The notes: a model not told the origin generated them from the sequence alone. 64,000 nt of DNA from Macrostomum lignano (GCA_002269645.1 NIVC01002629.1:1-64000); one strand, 5' to 3'. Positions 48,501 through 63,078 are shown, counted from the first letter of the stretch. Translations and numbers: made by a program.

Positions 48501-51500
48501 TGATATCGGTGATTGTCTGATATCGGTGATTGTCTGATATCGGTGATTGTCTGATATCACTGATTATCTGATATCGGTGATCGTCTGATATCGGTGATTA
48601 TCTATCTGATATCACTGATTGTCTAATATCGGTGATTTTCTGATATCGGTGATTATCTATCTGATATCACTGATTGTCTAATATCGGTGATTGTCTGATA
48701 TCGGTGATTGTCTGATATCGGTGATTGTCTGATATCGGTGATTGTCTGATATCGGTGATTGTCTGATATCGGTGATTGTCTGATATCGGTGATTGTCTGA
48801 TATCGGTGATTGTCTGATATCGGTGATTGTCTGATATCGGTGATTGTCTGATATCGGTGATTGTCTGATATCGGTGATTGTCTGATATCACTGATTATCT
48901 GATATCGGTGATCGTCTGATATCAGTGATTATCTATCTGATATCACTGATTGTCTAATATCGGTGATTATCTATCTGATATCACTGAATGTCTAATATCG
49001 GTGATTTTCTGATATCGGTGATTATCTATCTAATATCGGTGATTGTCTGATATCGGTGATTATTTGATATCGGTGATTATCTATTTAATATAGGTGATTG
49101 TCTAATATCGGTGATTGTCTGATATCGGTGATTTTCTGATATCAGTGATTTTCTGTTATCGGTGATTATCTGATATCGGTGATTGTCTGATATCGGTGAT
49201 TGTCTGATATCGGTGATTGTCTGATATCGGTGATTGTCTGATATCGGTGATTGTCTGATATCGGTGATTGTCTGATATCGGTGATTGTCTGATATCGGTG
49301 ATTGTCTGATATCGGTGATTGTCTGATATCACTGATTATCTGATATCGGTGATCGTCTGATATCGGTGATTATCTATCTGATATCACTGATTGTCTAATA
49401 TCGGTGATTATCTATCTGATATCACTGATTGTCTAATATCGGTGATTTTCTGATATCGGTGATTATCTATCTAATATCGGTGATTGTCTGATATCGGTGA
49501 TTATTTGATATCGGTGATTATCTATTTAATATAGGTGATTGTCTAATATCGGTGATTGTCTGATATCGGTGATTTTCTGATATCAGTGATTTTCTGTTAT
49601 CGGTGATTATCTGATATCGGTGATTGTCTGATATCGGTGATTGTCTGATATCGGTGATTGTCTGATATCGGTGATTGTCTGATATCGGTGATTGTCTGAT
49701 ATCGGTGATTGTCTGATATCGGTGATTGTCTGATATCGGTGATTGTCTGATATCGGTGATTGTCTGATATCACTGATTATCTGATATCGGTGATCGTCTG
49801 ATTTCGGTGATTATCTATCTGATATCACTGATTGTCTAATATCGGTGATTATCTATCTTATATCACTGATTGTCTAATATCGGTGATTTTCTGATATCGG
49901 TGATTTTCTATCTAATATCGGTGTTTGTCTGATATCGGTGATTGTCTGATATCGGTGATTGTCTGATATCGGTGATTGTCTGATATCGGTGATTGTCTGA
50001 TATCGGTGATTGTCTGATATCGGTGATTGTCTGATATCACTGATTATCTGATATCGGTGATCGTCTGATATCGGTGATTATCTATCTGATATCACTGATT
50101 GTCTAATATCGGTGATTTTCTGATATCGGTGATTATCTATCTGATATCACTGATTGTCTAATATCGGTGATTGTCTGATATCGGTGATTGTCTGATATCG
50201 GTGATTGTCTGATATCGGTGATTGTCTGATATCGGTGATTGTCTGATATCGGTGATTGTCTGATATCGGTGATTGTCTGATATCGGTGATTGTCTGATAT
50301 CGGTGATTGTCTGATATCGGTGATTGTCTGATATCGGTGATTGTCTGATATCACTGATTATCTGATATCGGTGATCGTCTGATATCGGTGATTATCTATC
50401 TGATATCACTGATTGTCTAATATCGGTGATTATCTATCTGATATCACTGAATGTCTAATATCGGTGATTTTCTGATATCGGTGATTATCTATCTAATATC
50501 GGTGATTGTCTGATATCGGTGATTATTTGATATCGGTGATTATCTATTTAATATAGGTGATTGTCTAATATCGGTGATTGTCTGATATCGGTGATTTTCT
50601 GATATCAGTGATTTTCTGTTATCGGTGATTATCTGATATCGGTGATTGTCTGATATCGGTGATTGTCTGATATCGGTGATTGTCTGATATCGGTGATTGT
50701 CTGATATCGGTGATTGTCTGATATCGGTGATTGTCTGATATCGGTGATTGTCTGATATCGGTGATTGTCTGATATCGGTGATTGTCTGATATCACTGATT
50801 ATCTGATATCGGTGATCGTCTGATATCGGTGATTATCTATCTGATATCACTGATTGTCTAATATCGGTGATTATCTATCTGATATCACTGATTGTCTAAT
50901 ATCGGTGATTTTCTGATATCGGTGATTATCTATCTAATATCGGTGATTGTCTGATATCGGTGATTATTTGATATCGGTGATTATCTATTTAATATAGGTG
51001 ATTGTCTAATATCGGTGATTGTCTGATATCGGTGATTTTCTGATATCAGTGATTTTCTGTTATCGGTGATTATCTGATATCGGTGATTGTCTGATATCGG
51101 TGATTGTCTGATATCGGTGATTGTCTGATATCGGTGATTGTCTGATATCGGTGATTGTCTGATATCGGTGATTGTCTGATATCGGTGATTGTCTGATATC
51201 GGTGATTGTCTGATATCGGTGATTGTCTGATATCACTGATTATCTGATATCGGTGATCGTCTGATTTCGGTGATTATCTATCTGATATCACTGATTGTCT
51301 AATATCGGTGATTATCTATCTTATATCACTGATTGTCTAATATCGGTGATTATCTATCTGATATCACTGATTGTCTAATATCGGTGATTTTCTGATATCG
51401 GTGATTATCTATCTAATATCGGTGTTTGTCTGATATCGGTGATTGTCTGATATCGGTGATTGTCTGATATCGGTGATTGTCTGATATCACTGATTATCTG

Positions 51501-54500
51501 ATATCGGTGATCGTCTGATATCGGTGATTATCTATCTGATATCACTGATTGTCTAATATCGGTGATTATCTATCTGATATCACTGATTGTCTTATATCGG
51601 TGATTTTCTGATATCGGTGATTATCTATCTAATATCGGTGATTGTCTGATATCGGTGATTGTCTGATATCGGTGATTGTCTGATATCGGTGATTGTCTGA
51701 TATCGGTGATTGTCTGATATCGGTGATTGTCTGATATCGGTGATTGTCTGATATCGGTGATTGTCTGATATCACTGATTATCTGATATCGGTGATCGTCT
51801 GATATCGGTGATTATCTATCTGATATCACTGATTGTCTAATATCGGTGATTATCTATCTGATATCACTGATTGTATAATATCGGTGATTTTCTGATATCG
51901 GTGATTGTCTGATATCGGTGATTGTCTGATATCGGTGATTGTCTGATATCGCTGATTGTCTGATATCGGTGATTGTCTGATATCGGTGATTGTCTGATAT
52001 CGGTGATTGTCTGATATCGGTGATTGTCTGATATCACTGATTATCTGATATCGGTGATCGTCTGATATCGGTGATTATCTATCTGATATCACTGATTGTC
52101 TAATATCGGTGATTATCTATCTGATATCACTGATTGTCTTATATCGGTGATTGTCTGATATCGGTGATTGTCTGATATCGGTGATTGTCTGATATCGGTG
52201 ATTGTCTGATATCGGTGATTGTCTGATATCACTGATTATCTGATATCGGTGATCGTCTGATATCGGTGATTATCTATCTGATATCACTGATTGTCTAATA
52301 TCGGTGATTTTCTGATATCGGTGATTATCTATCTAATATCGGTGATTGTCTGATATCGGTGATTGTCTGATATCACTGATTGTCTGATATCGGTGATTGT
52401 CTGATATCGGTGATTGTCTGATATCGGTGATTGTCTGATATCACTGATTATCTGATATCGGTGATCGTCTGATATCGGTGATTATCTATCTGATATCACT
52501 GATTGTCTAATATCGGTGATTATCTGATATCGGTGATTATCTATCTAATATCGGTGATTGTCTGATATCGGTGATTGTCTGATATCGGTGATTGTCTGAT
52601 ATCACTGATTATCTGATATCGGTGATCGTCTGATATCGGTGATTATCTATCTGATATCACTGATTGTCTAATATCGGTGATTATCTATCTGATATCACTG
52701 ATTGTCTAATATCGGTGATTTTCTGATATCGGTGATTATCTATCTAATATCGGTGATTGTCTGATATCGGTGATTGTCTGATATCGGTGATTTTCTGATA
52801 TCGGTGATTGTCTGATATCGGTGATTGTCTGATATCGGTGATTGTCTGATATCACTGATTATCTGATATCGGTGATTGTCTGATATCGGTGATCGTCTGA
52901 TATCACTGATTGTCTAATATTGATGATTGTCTGATATCGGTGATTTTCTGATATCGGTGATTATTTGATATCGGTGATTGTCTGATATCACTGATTATCT
53001 GATATCGGTGATCGTCTGATATCGGTGATTATCTCTCTGATATCACTGATTGTCTGATATCGATGGTTGTCTGATATCGGTGATTTTCTGATATCAGTGA
53101 TTTTCTGTTATCGGTGATTATCTGATATCGGTGATTATCTAATATCGGTGACTATGTATCTGATATCGGTGATTGTCTGATATCGGTGATTGTCTGATAT
53201 CGGTGATTGTCTGATATCGGTGATTGTCTGATATCGGTGATTGTCTGATATCGGTGATTGTCTGATATCGGTGATTGTCTGATATCACTGATTATCTGAT
53301 ATCGGTGATCGTCTGATATCGGTGATTATCTATCTGATATCACTGATTGTCTAATATCGGTGATTTTCTGATATCGGTGATTATCTATCTAATATCGGTG
53401 ATTGTCTGATATCGGTGATTGTCTGATATCACTGATTGTCTGATATCGGTGATTGTCTGATATCGGTGATTGTCTGATATCGGTGATTGTCTGATATCAC
53501 TGATTATCTGATATCGGTGATCGTCTGATATCGGTGATTATCTATCTGATATCACTGATTGTCTAATATCGGTGATTATCTATCTAATATCGGTGATTGT
53601 CTGATATCGGTGATTGTCTGATATCACTGATTGTCTGATATCGGTGATTGTCTGATATCGGTGATTGTCTGATATCGGTGATTGTCTGATATCACTGATT
53701 ATCTGATATCGGTGATCGTCTGATATCGGTGATTATCTATCTGATATCACTGATTGTCTAATATCGGTGATTTTCTGATATCAGTGATTATCTATCTGAT
53801 ATCACTGATTGTCTAATATCGGTGATTATCTATCTAATATCGGTGATTGTCTGATATCGGTGATTGTCTGATATCGGTGATTGTCTGATATCACTGATTA
53901 TCTGATATCTGTGATCGTCTGATATCGGTGATTATCTATCTGATATCACTGATTGTCTAATATCGGTGATTATCTATCTGATATCACTGATTGTCTAATA
54001 TCGGTGATTTTCTGATATCGGTGATTATCTATCTAATATCGGTGATTGTCTGATATCGGTGATTGTCTGATATCGGTGATTTTCTGATATCGGTGATTGT
54101 CTGATATCGGTGATTGTCTGATATCGGTGATTGTCTGATATCACTGATTATCTGATATCGGTGATTGTCTGATATCGGTGATTTTCTGATATCGGTGATT
54201 ATTTGATATCGGTGATTGTCTGATATCACTGATTATCTGATATCGGTGATCGTCTGATATCGGTGATTATCTCTCTGATATCACTGATTGTCTGATATCG
54301 ATGGTTGTCTGATATCGGTGATTTTCTGATATCAGTGATTTTCTGTTATCGGTGATTATCTGATATCGGTGATTATCTAATATCGGTGACTATGTATCTG
54401 ATATCGGTGATTGTCTGATATCGGTGATTGTCTGATATCGGTGATTGTCTGATATCGGTGATTGTCTGATATCGGTGATTGTCTGATATCGGTGATTGTC

Positions 54501-55703
54501 TGATATCACTGATTATCTGATATCGGTGATCGTCTGATATCGGTGATTATCTATCTGATATCACTGATTGTCTAATATCGGTGATTTTCTGATATCGGTG
54601 ATTATCTATCTAATATCGGTGATTGTCTGATATCGGTGATTGTCTGATATCACTGATTGTCTGATATCGGTGATTGTCTGATATCGGTGATTGTCTGATA
54701 TCGGTGATTGTCTGATATCACTGATTATCTGATATCGGTGATCGTCTGATATCGGTGATTATCTATCTGATATCACTGATTGTCTAATATCGGTGATTAT
54801 CTATCTGATATCACTGATTGTCTAATATCGGTGATTTTCTGATATCAGTGATTATCAATCTAATATCGGTGATTGTCTGATATCGGTGATTGTCTGATAT
54901 CGGTGATTGTCTGATATCGGTGATTGTCTGATATCGGTGATTGTCTGTTATCACTGATTATCTGATATCGGTGATCGTCTGATATCGGTGATTATCTATC
55001 TGATATCACTGATTGTCTAATATCGGTGATTATCTATCTGATATCACTGATTGTCTAATATCGGTGATTGTCTGATATCGGTGATTGTCTGATATCGGTG
55101 ATTGTCTGATATCGGTGATTGTCTGATATCGGTGATTGTCTGATATCGTTGATTGTCTGATATCACTGATTATCTGATATCGGTGATCGTCTGATATCGG
55201 TGATTATCTGATATCGGTGATTATCTGATATCGGTGATTGTCTGATATCGGTGATCGTCTGATATCACTGATTGTCTAATATTGATGATTGCTGATATCG
55301 GTGATTTTCTGATATCGGTGATTATTTGATATCGGTGATTGTCTGATATCACTGATTATCTGATATCGGTGATCGTCTGATATCGGTGATTATCTCTCTG
55401 ATATCACTGATTGTCTGATATCGATGATTGTCTGATATCGGTGATTTTCTAATATCGGTGGTTGTCTGATATCAGTGATTTTCTGTTATCGGTGATTATC
55501 TAATATCGGTGACTATGTATCTGACATCGGTGATCATCTGATATCGGTGATTATCTAATATCGGTGACTATGTATCTGACATCGGTGATTATCTGATATC
55601 GGTGATTATCTAATATCGGTGACTATGTATCTGACATCGGTGATTATCTGATATCGGTGATTATCTAATATCGGTGACTATGTATCTGACATCGGTGATT
55701 ATC
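42597..55703. repeat. ~13-kb 17-bp satellite with higher-order structure
   Basis: Unit TGATATCGGTGATTGTC. Variant blocks recur at ~2.86-2.89 kb spacing, and at ~1.24 kb near the right end. Confidence 0.98.
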
Positions 55704-56300
55704 AGTAATCACAGTATCACATGTGCAATTAATCCCATTTGATTATCTAAAATCGCTAAAATTCCCTGTCGAAGCAGGCAACCCAAGCAGCGCACATATC
55801 ACAGCTCTGTACTCACTTCTATCGGAGTCCTCAATATTCCACTTCAAGCTCGGTTGGCCGACTCCCCTGTTTTGGAGTCGGATTGGCAACTTTGCTGGCT
55901 CTGAAGTGACCTGTCCGAAGATTGCCGGGCTTTTATTCTCCTCCACGATGCCCCGCTCCGCTTTACGCGTCATTTTTGTGCGCCCGTTCTCCCCCCCCCC
56001 CCTCCGCCGAGCTCCTCTTCCTTTCGCTTCTTCTTTCGATCATCCTGTGTGGATCGCCCTGCGGGGGCCGGGGCGGGTGATGGAGGACGCTGAGCTCACA
56101 GGCTCGGCTGGAGTGGGTCGGGTCAGTGGCCACCAGCGGAGGACACGAGATAGAAAGGAGGCGATGCAGGAAGAGGAGAAAGGGAAGCTGGATTGGACAG
56201 GGCAGAAGAGCAGCGCGGGGGGGGGGGGCGCGGCAGCGGTCCATGATTAAGAGGAAGCAGCTCGGCAATGAGATGTCAGAGACAAAGTCTGGGAAGTTAT

Positions 56301-56532
56301 CCCAGATCCCGATCCCAGATCCCGATCCCAGATCCCGATCCCAGATCCCGATCCCAGATCCCGATCCCAGATCCCGATCCCAGATCCCGATCCCAGATCC
56401 CGATCCCAGATCCCGATCCCAGATCCCGATCCCAGATCCCGATCCCAGATCCCGATCCCAGATCCCGATCCCAGATCCCGATCCCAGATCCCGATCCCAG
56501 ATCCCGATCCCAGATCCCGATCCCAGATCCCG
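56301..56532. repeat. 12-bp minisatellite
   Basis: (CCAGATCCCGAT)n, pure. Confidence 0.97.
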
Positions 56533-57107
56533 GATCCGAGAGGCTTGACTGCCTCATTCAGAGACGGAACCGATGCCGGAAAAGTGCTTTGCCAGGCAGA
56601 TAAGGCAGCGAAGCGACTCCGCGTGTGACGGCTTGGCAAACAGACGGGGACCGCCCCAGCCCAGCGGGATGGGCCTGAGTAAGCAGGGAAACTGATTAGG
56701 ACGAATGGGATACTTTCTGAGCGGGGCTGGGATGGCCTGGCTGTTTTGCCCAAGCGGGGATGGAGATGGGCAGTGAAACTCCGGACACATGGAGAGCTTA
56801 GTGAGACAGGGCGAGGGCTCACCACTAATAAAACAATTCATCAGCTGGACTCGCACTCGCGAACTAAATAATGTAATTAAGAGCGACTCGAAACGGGACG
56901 AAATGGGCGAAAAATCGAATGAAGGATGAGCCATCAAAGAGGATCTGTCGATAATCACGAGATCTGCATGGGCTGCTCCAGAGTGGCCTACCTGACTTGC
57001 GCGACTCTCCCTAGGTAAGTCTCTGGGGAATCAGCGTCTAAAAAGATAATCCCAAAAATTCTATGAGCACTTTTCACCGCATCCTTTGCGTCACCCTCTC
57101 GAACCGG

Positions 57108-57558
57108 TGCTTCCGTGCTCTTCCCGATCACACCGGTGCTTTACTGACCTTCCCGATCAGACCGGTGCTTCCCGATCACACCGGTGCTTCAGAGCAGCTT
57201 CACGATCACACCGGTGCTTCAGAGACCAGCTTCCCGATCACACCGGTGCTTCAGAGCAGCTTCCCGATGACACCGGTGCTTCAGAGCAGCTTCCCGATCA
57301 CACCGGTGCTTCAGAGACCTTCCCGATCACACCGGTGCTTCAGAGCAGCTTCCCGATGACACCGGTGCTTCAGGGCAGCTTCCCGATCACACCGGTGCTT
57401 CAGAGCAGCTTCCCGATCACACCGGTGCTTCAGAGCAGCTTCCCGATCACACCGGTGCTTCAGAGACCAGCTTCCCGATCACACCGGTGCTTCAGAGACC
57501 TTCCCGATCACACCGGTGCTTCAGAGACCTTCCCGATCCTTCACGATCACACCGGTGT
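57108..57558. repeat. ~30-bp minisatellite
   Basis: Unit approximately CTTCCCGATCACACCGGTGCTTCAGAGCAG. Confidence 0.93.
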
Positions 57559-58839
57559 TGAGAATACGAGCACAGGATAGACTATAACAGCGCTTTAGTG
57601 CAAAAATACAGTGAGTAAATCACAGCCCAGCAATGCCAATATTGCAACTGTCTCAGATGCCCTTACCGGTGCTTGAGTGAACTCAGAAATTACCTTGAGT
57701 TCCTCATTCCACCTGCTCTATTTCTTGCGCAGGGTTCGAGCCGTACGAATCCCCATTTATGAATTCTTCCCCACATTTCGCATATTTTTATTTGCCCATT
57801 CGTCTCCCCATCCCGGTATCCTCAGCCCCTTTCTCTTTCTGCGTACCCCCAAGCCTCCTCTTTCGTCTTTTCCGGCCATCAATTCACGAATGACTCTTTT
57901 TTGCTGGCACAATGGGCCGCAGCAGTGCACGAGGCAGGCAGGCATATTTTTGACGAAGAACTTTTCTCACTAGGAAATGGGGAGAATTATGGGCGTGTGG
58001 CAGACAGCTGGGACTCTGCTATTCCTCCTGCTGCATCAATATTAACAGCCATGGATTTGGATAGAGAAGCTCACTTGACTCGTGGGGAGAGCTCAATGGA
58101 CGTTGGATTCTGTACAGTAACTGTTGCTTATCTCATGCCATTCTGTATGTAAATTGGCTGTTGGCACACAACGAAGGCTTTTTAGAAAGTGAGACAGGGC
58201 AAAGATCTTGCAAAACTGCAGATATTTTTTGCGACAAAAATCTCAGCAATCTCTGACCCTCGATGCATTCAACAACTTCCACTGATGCCTTCCTGTCTGC
58301 CATCGGGAGTACCTAAGGAGTCAATTATTTTCATGCTACTCGTGCATTGAAACGCATGACAGACGGTTGGCGAGGACTTCACATCGAATCATTTCATGCA
58401 ATTATCGGGAGCGCTGAGCAAGAACATGAGGAAATCTGCAGAAAATTCTATTTAGGGTTTTTTATAGCTCGTACTTCATTTGCGTATCGTGTACAACTGA
58501 CACCAGCTTACCGCATCTTTGCTGCTAAAAATAAAAAGCCCTATAATCCAAGACGCCGTGTTTCCGCGGATTAAAGACAGTCACTAATCTCCGACAACAT
58601 TAAGATGAGCCTGTCGCTCTGATGGGACCGTCTGTGCTAGAAAATTGCAGATATAATCTGAGTAGTCACGCGTACACTTGCGTGAAACAAAATGCATATG
58701 TGCCACACTTACACATTACAGGTAAATAAAATTGACGAGTGAAATGAAATTAAGCCCATTTTACTTCCTCTGAAATGTCTGTATTAGGCGTGGGAACGTT
58801 TAAGGCCTGGTGGAATATTTTCTGTCTCATACATTGAAG

Positions 58840-58905
58840 TAATTAAAGCGCCAGACTAGCTCTCGCTACAACCACATGCCATGGGTTCGATTCCGTGCGC
58901 GGCCA
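58840..58905 (+). mobile_element. Possible decayed tRNA-derived SINE head
   Basis: B-box GGTTCGATTCC at 58884-58894 in an imperfect T-stem. No full cloverleaf can be built. Confidence 0.25.
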
Positions 58906-61900
58906 CAATAATTTGGGGCTCTGCACGAAAATTGGTCGGCGGGTTGTCGTTTTATTTATAACATAATGCCTATGAGGGCCATTAACCCCCACAGAGAGTG
59001 TACAAATGTACGTCTGACGATTAGAAAGTCAAGGCAAGGACCAATGTATATTACATATATGCAGTGGGCCTTGAGTCAGGGCCGCTGAACACCCTGTGTG
59101 AGGGTGCGTATGACAGTGGCCCTGTGTGTATGAGTGTGTTCCTGCATACAAGATGCTTTATTGTGCTTAGGAGTCCGCGGTATAGAGAGATCGAATTGCC
59201 TCGGTGTCATGATGAGACGATATGTCACCGAAGGCGTTCATATGTTAAGGTGGCCCAAAAGACTTATGTAAAATTTGTATTAGTGTATCTATAATTAATT
59301 CAAGTACATGTAAATGCATTCTGACACCCAAAGAAACTTTGATCTATTGAATTTAGATATTTTGACGCTTCAGCTTATTGGCATTTTGGAAAACGGATAT
59401 ATGCACGCAGTGTTTTATGATTTATTCGTTTATTAAAATAAAATTAATACTTAAAACTTAATAAGAGTCTGTAAAATGAAATAAAACTGCCAGAACACAG
59501 TTGATTTTGGTTTAATGCATAAAGTAAAAATAAGTAATTTTAAATCAAATTATTCCAAGAACTTAGACCTGCCAGGCTTGGAAAAGTTTGTCTGTCATAG
59601 TATTTTACGCCGAACTCAGCTTACCTGCTGTCTGTATGTATTGTATCCCAAAGCAAATTTAGTGGCAGACTAGCAATCTTAGCTGTGTAGCTTATTTTTT
59701 ACTTTTTAGCTTTTTATTGTATAAGTGCCTAGGCCTATCACTTAATTTCATTGATAGTTTACCCCTTCTATCAATTATCAATCGTAATGAGAAATGTCCT
59801 ATTGCAATTTGATTGACATGTCCCATCTAAGTCGTTTCAGTTTAAAAAATGTACAAAGAATGTCGTCATCCCCTGCGTCGAGCACAACGTATGTTTTATT
59901 TCTGATTGGCAATGAAATTATAAAACAAAGACAAAGTACCCCCATATTTTTAGTTTTTATGAAGATAGGTCTCAAAGTATGTAGGGCTCACTTATTATAA
60001 TTTGATGTGTCTCACACATAATTTTAATTATAGTGGTAGATAATAGTCAATGTATTCAAAAAGAGAAACTTGCTTATGTGTTAATTTTAATTGATATAGC
60101 ATTTGAATAAAAAATCTAAGAAATCAAGGCAATAGGTATTATTTCTTTTATAAAATGCACTAATATTTCAATAAAAATTTCATTTTCAAATTCAATATTG
60201 ATTTCAATTCCAAATTGAAATTGAAATTTATATTTTATTGCATGAAATATATTTCAGTCCTCTAGTATAAGTTAATAATCAATCTATGTTTAATGTAATT
60301 TATTCATTTACTTAGTTTATTTCTATTAGGCCCTATTAATATTTAATATATTCTATTTCAAAAATTAAACAAATGAGCTATGGCAAAATCCAAATATTGG
60401 GGGCAAGTTTCTTGAAAATTTGTTTTTTTGGAAATTTGAAAACAATAAAGCTATAAAAGAATTTTTTGAGTTTTAAAAAGTTAGAAATATCTATAATTTA
60501 TAAAAGCACAAAATATATATGTATAGCCTTATTTTTAATAAAAATGACTTGTTAAAACAGTAAATTAAATTACTGTTTTAATGAGTTGTCTAAAATGACT
60601 CATAAAATTATAGAAAAGCTCTAATAATATATTTATTAGCTTTATAAGTATCTTATAATATTATATTCTATAATGTTATACAACATATTTAATATTATTT
60701 TTTAAGGTTTTTTTGTTTATCACTTTTGTTACTATTGACAATGTGTATTTTGTAGAGTTCGTTTGCAATAAATATTGTATTCAATATAAGTTTATTATTT
60801 AAGCATACAAATTCCTATAAAGATTTAGAAAGCAATTTAGAAAATTATTTTTCCTGCATACATGCTGCAATGATACATATTTAAGTGTAATTTCATTATT
60901 CTTTGTTGCTTAATAAGCATCTAGTAAGATCTAGTAAGCATCTAATTTAGAAGCCAGGTAACACATTGGAATTCCCATGAGGATCAGAAAATTGCATTTT
61001 ACTCAGCTTCCACTTACACCCTTTTGTAACATTCTTTTTAAGTCTAAATATAGGCATATTTTATATACTAATACTATACAAGTTGATATTTAAATGAAAG
61101 AAAACAACTGAAAGATTATTTTGCAACAAGGAATTAGTGGTATATTTACTTTTAGAGAAAGATGTTTGTTGGCAAACTTTGCACTTTAAATTGTATGAAT
61201 TTTTGCAAGTTTGTGGTTTCAGAAAAACTTGAAAATCCTTAAAAATTCTTCATCTTTTTAAATAAAATAAAAAGTAAAACACAGAATATTTTCTGTTTTG
61301 TAAGTAGTGAAAAAATTAGGCTTCTCTAAGGTCTACAAGTCTTAAAATTAATTGTTTATAAATGAAAAAAGTATAACAAAAATTGCAAATTGGTCAACTT
61401 GGAATTTTAAAATGCTTTTTTTGTGGTTTTTTACTCATTTATTTAGTGATGTAAAGCATGAACACAATAGTTTTTATCCAAAACTATTTTAAAGACTTAT
61501 CTGTCTTTCAAAAAGCTTTTTTAGATATATTATCTTCCATCATATGTCCGTAGATTTGTTTTACCATTTTATCCCACATTTTTGTATTTCACCATATAGG
61601 TATATAGCTTTTACTATTTACAACTATATCTGAATTATTGATAATACACCTTTATTACTAGAATAGTACCTTGTTAAATAAAAAGACTGATTATGTTTTA
61701 TATCGTTATTTTAACTTTAGCTTGCTAACCCACCATCTCTACCTAAATATTATACTTCTAGTATACAATTCTAGTTGATTTAAGATAATGTACAAAATTG
61801 TATTAACTTGTAATATTTAAATATAGTTATGTTTTTAGTTCTATTTTTTGCTATTTAATCATATTTTTGTTTTTGATCATTGCTTTTATACTATTTTGAT

Positions 61901-62480
61901 TTAAAAATACAATATTTGAATTTTATTTTAAAGTTTTTGTTTTATTTCAAAACATTTAATTTTAATGTTTTGAAAAATATAGAACAATTTATTGTCTTTA
62001 TATTCTTCATTATCTTTCAAGAAAAAAAATAAATGAAAAAATTAGTTTGATCTTTGTATATGCATCATATAAAGTCATCTAACATCCTATAAATATATCC
62101 TATAAATATTCTTTAAAATTTGCTGTCTATACATACATATGCTAGATTACTATTATTATAAATTACAATTCAAATTAACAGTTTAATAGTTTAATAGTAA
62201 GATTATAATAGGATAAAACCTTATTTTAAAGTTATCTTTCTATTTTTTAATTCAACAATTCATTTATAGGAGATATGAATAAAACAGCATTGAAATCAAC
62301 AAATCAATTGTTACTTAAAATATGATGTATAATGTCTAAAAGGAACTCTAGAAGTGAAACTATTAGTTTTATAATTATTAACAACTAATAGTTTTTTGTA
62401 TTTTTAATGCAACATTTATTTTTATTCAGTTATTTCTTTAATTATATGCTATTACACTAGCTATATAAATTCCTTTTTAG

Positions 62481-62525
62481 GTGGGAAGCCTAACTTTACA
62501 CTAGCTGGGATCAGCTATGATGATG
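62481..62525 (+). CDS. RICTOR: RICTOR small exon (xGKPNFTLAGISYDD)
   Basis: TTCCTTTTTAG acceptor and G|GTAAGC donor; 45 nt, phase 1/1; open and in frame with the next exon. Confidence 0.65.
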
Positions 62526-62619
62526 GTAAGCAATGATCACCATTTTTTTCATATTTAGCTTTATAGATATCAAAAATCATATAGGACACTTTCACTTTAT
62601 TTCTCACTTCTCTATTCAG

Positions 62620-62773
62620 CTCCAGAGCAGATCCTGGACAAGGTCGAGTCTGCATTTGCAGCTGACCAACTCGATGCTGAGGGAGTGCAGCGCCGGATTC
62701 ACCTGTGCAATGCCTTGGTTCGTCTGTCCAAGCGCTTGCTGGCATCTGTTGACGTTGATGACATCTTCAGCAG
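62620..62773 (+). CDS. RICTOR: RICTOR exon (PEQILDKVESAFAADQLDAEGVQRRIHLCNALVRLSKRLLASVDVDDIFS)
   Basis: TCTATTCAG acceptor and AG|GTGAGG donor; 154 nt, phase 1/2; resembles the RICTOR N-terminal RKLGHLNNFTKL region. Confidence 0.8.
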
Positions 62774-62933
62774 GTGAGGCTGGCCTCATCTCACCACTTG
62801 TTGCCAGTTTTGTATAGATAATGCTTGTGTACATGCCTCTTTCAATTGGTGAAGTGAATTCTGCTACTTCACCTGCCCACCCCTATCTACTCCACCCGTG
62901 AACTGACGAACACTCCGCCCCACCCCGCCGCAG

Positions 62934-63065
62934 CCTGGTGCCCGGCTTCTTCCAGGAGTGCCCAGAGCTGCGGGCGGCGCTGCTCCGGTGCGTGCGCAAA
63001 TTTTTGGTCGACGATGTCGCCGTCCGCAGCTTTTTGAAGTTTCGCTTGGACATCTGCGTTGCCAG
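62934..63065 (+). CDS. RICTOR: RICTOR exon (SLVPGFFQECPELRAALLRCVRKFLVDDVAVRSFLKFRLDICVA)
   Basis: Branch CTGAC at 62903-62907, CGCAG acceptor and AG|GTGAGA donor; 132 nt. Matches the remembered RICTOR EVRAAGLRALRYLIQD..LKLKVDYLIAR pattern. Confidence 0.82.
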
Positions 63066-63078
63066 GTGAGACAGTCAA

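Noticed and set aside
62616-62834. Minus-strand 72-aa ORF that looks protein-like
   Set aside because: Antisense to a RICTOR exon that has proper splice sites and family similarity.
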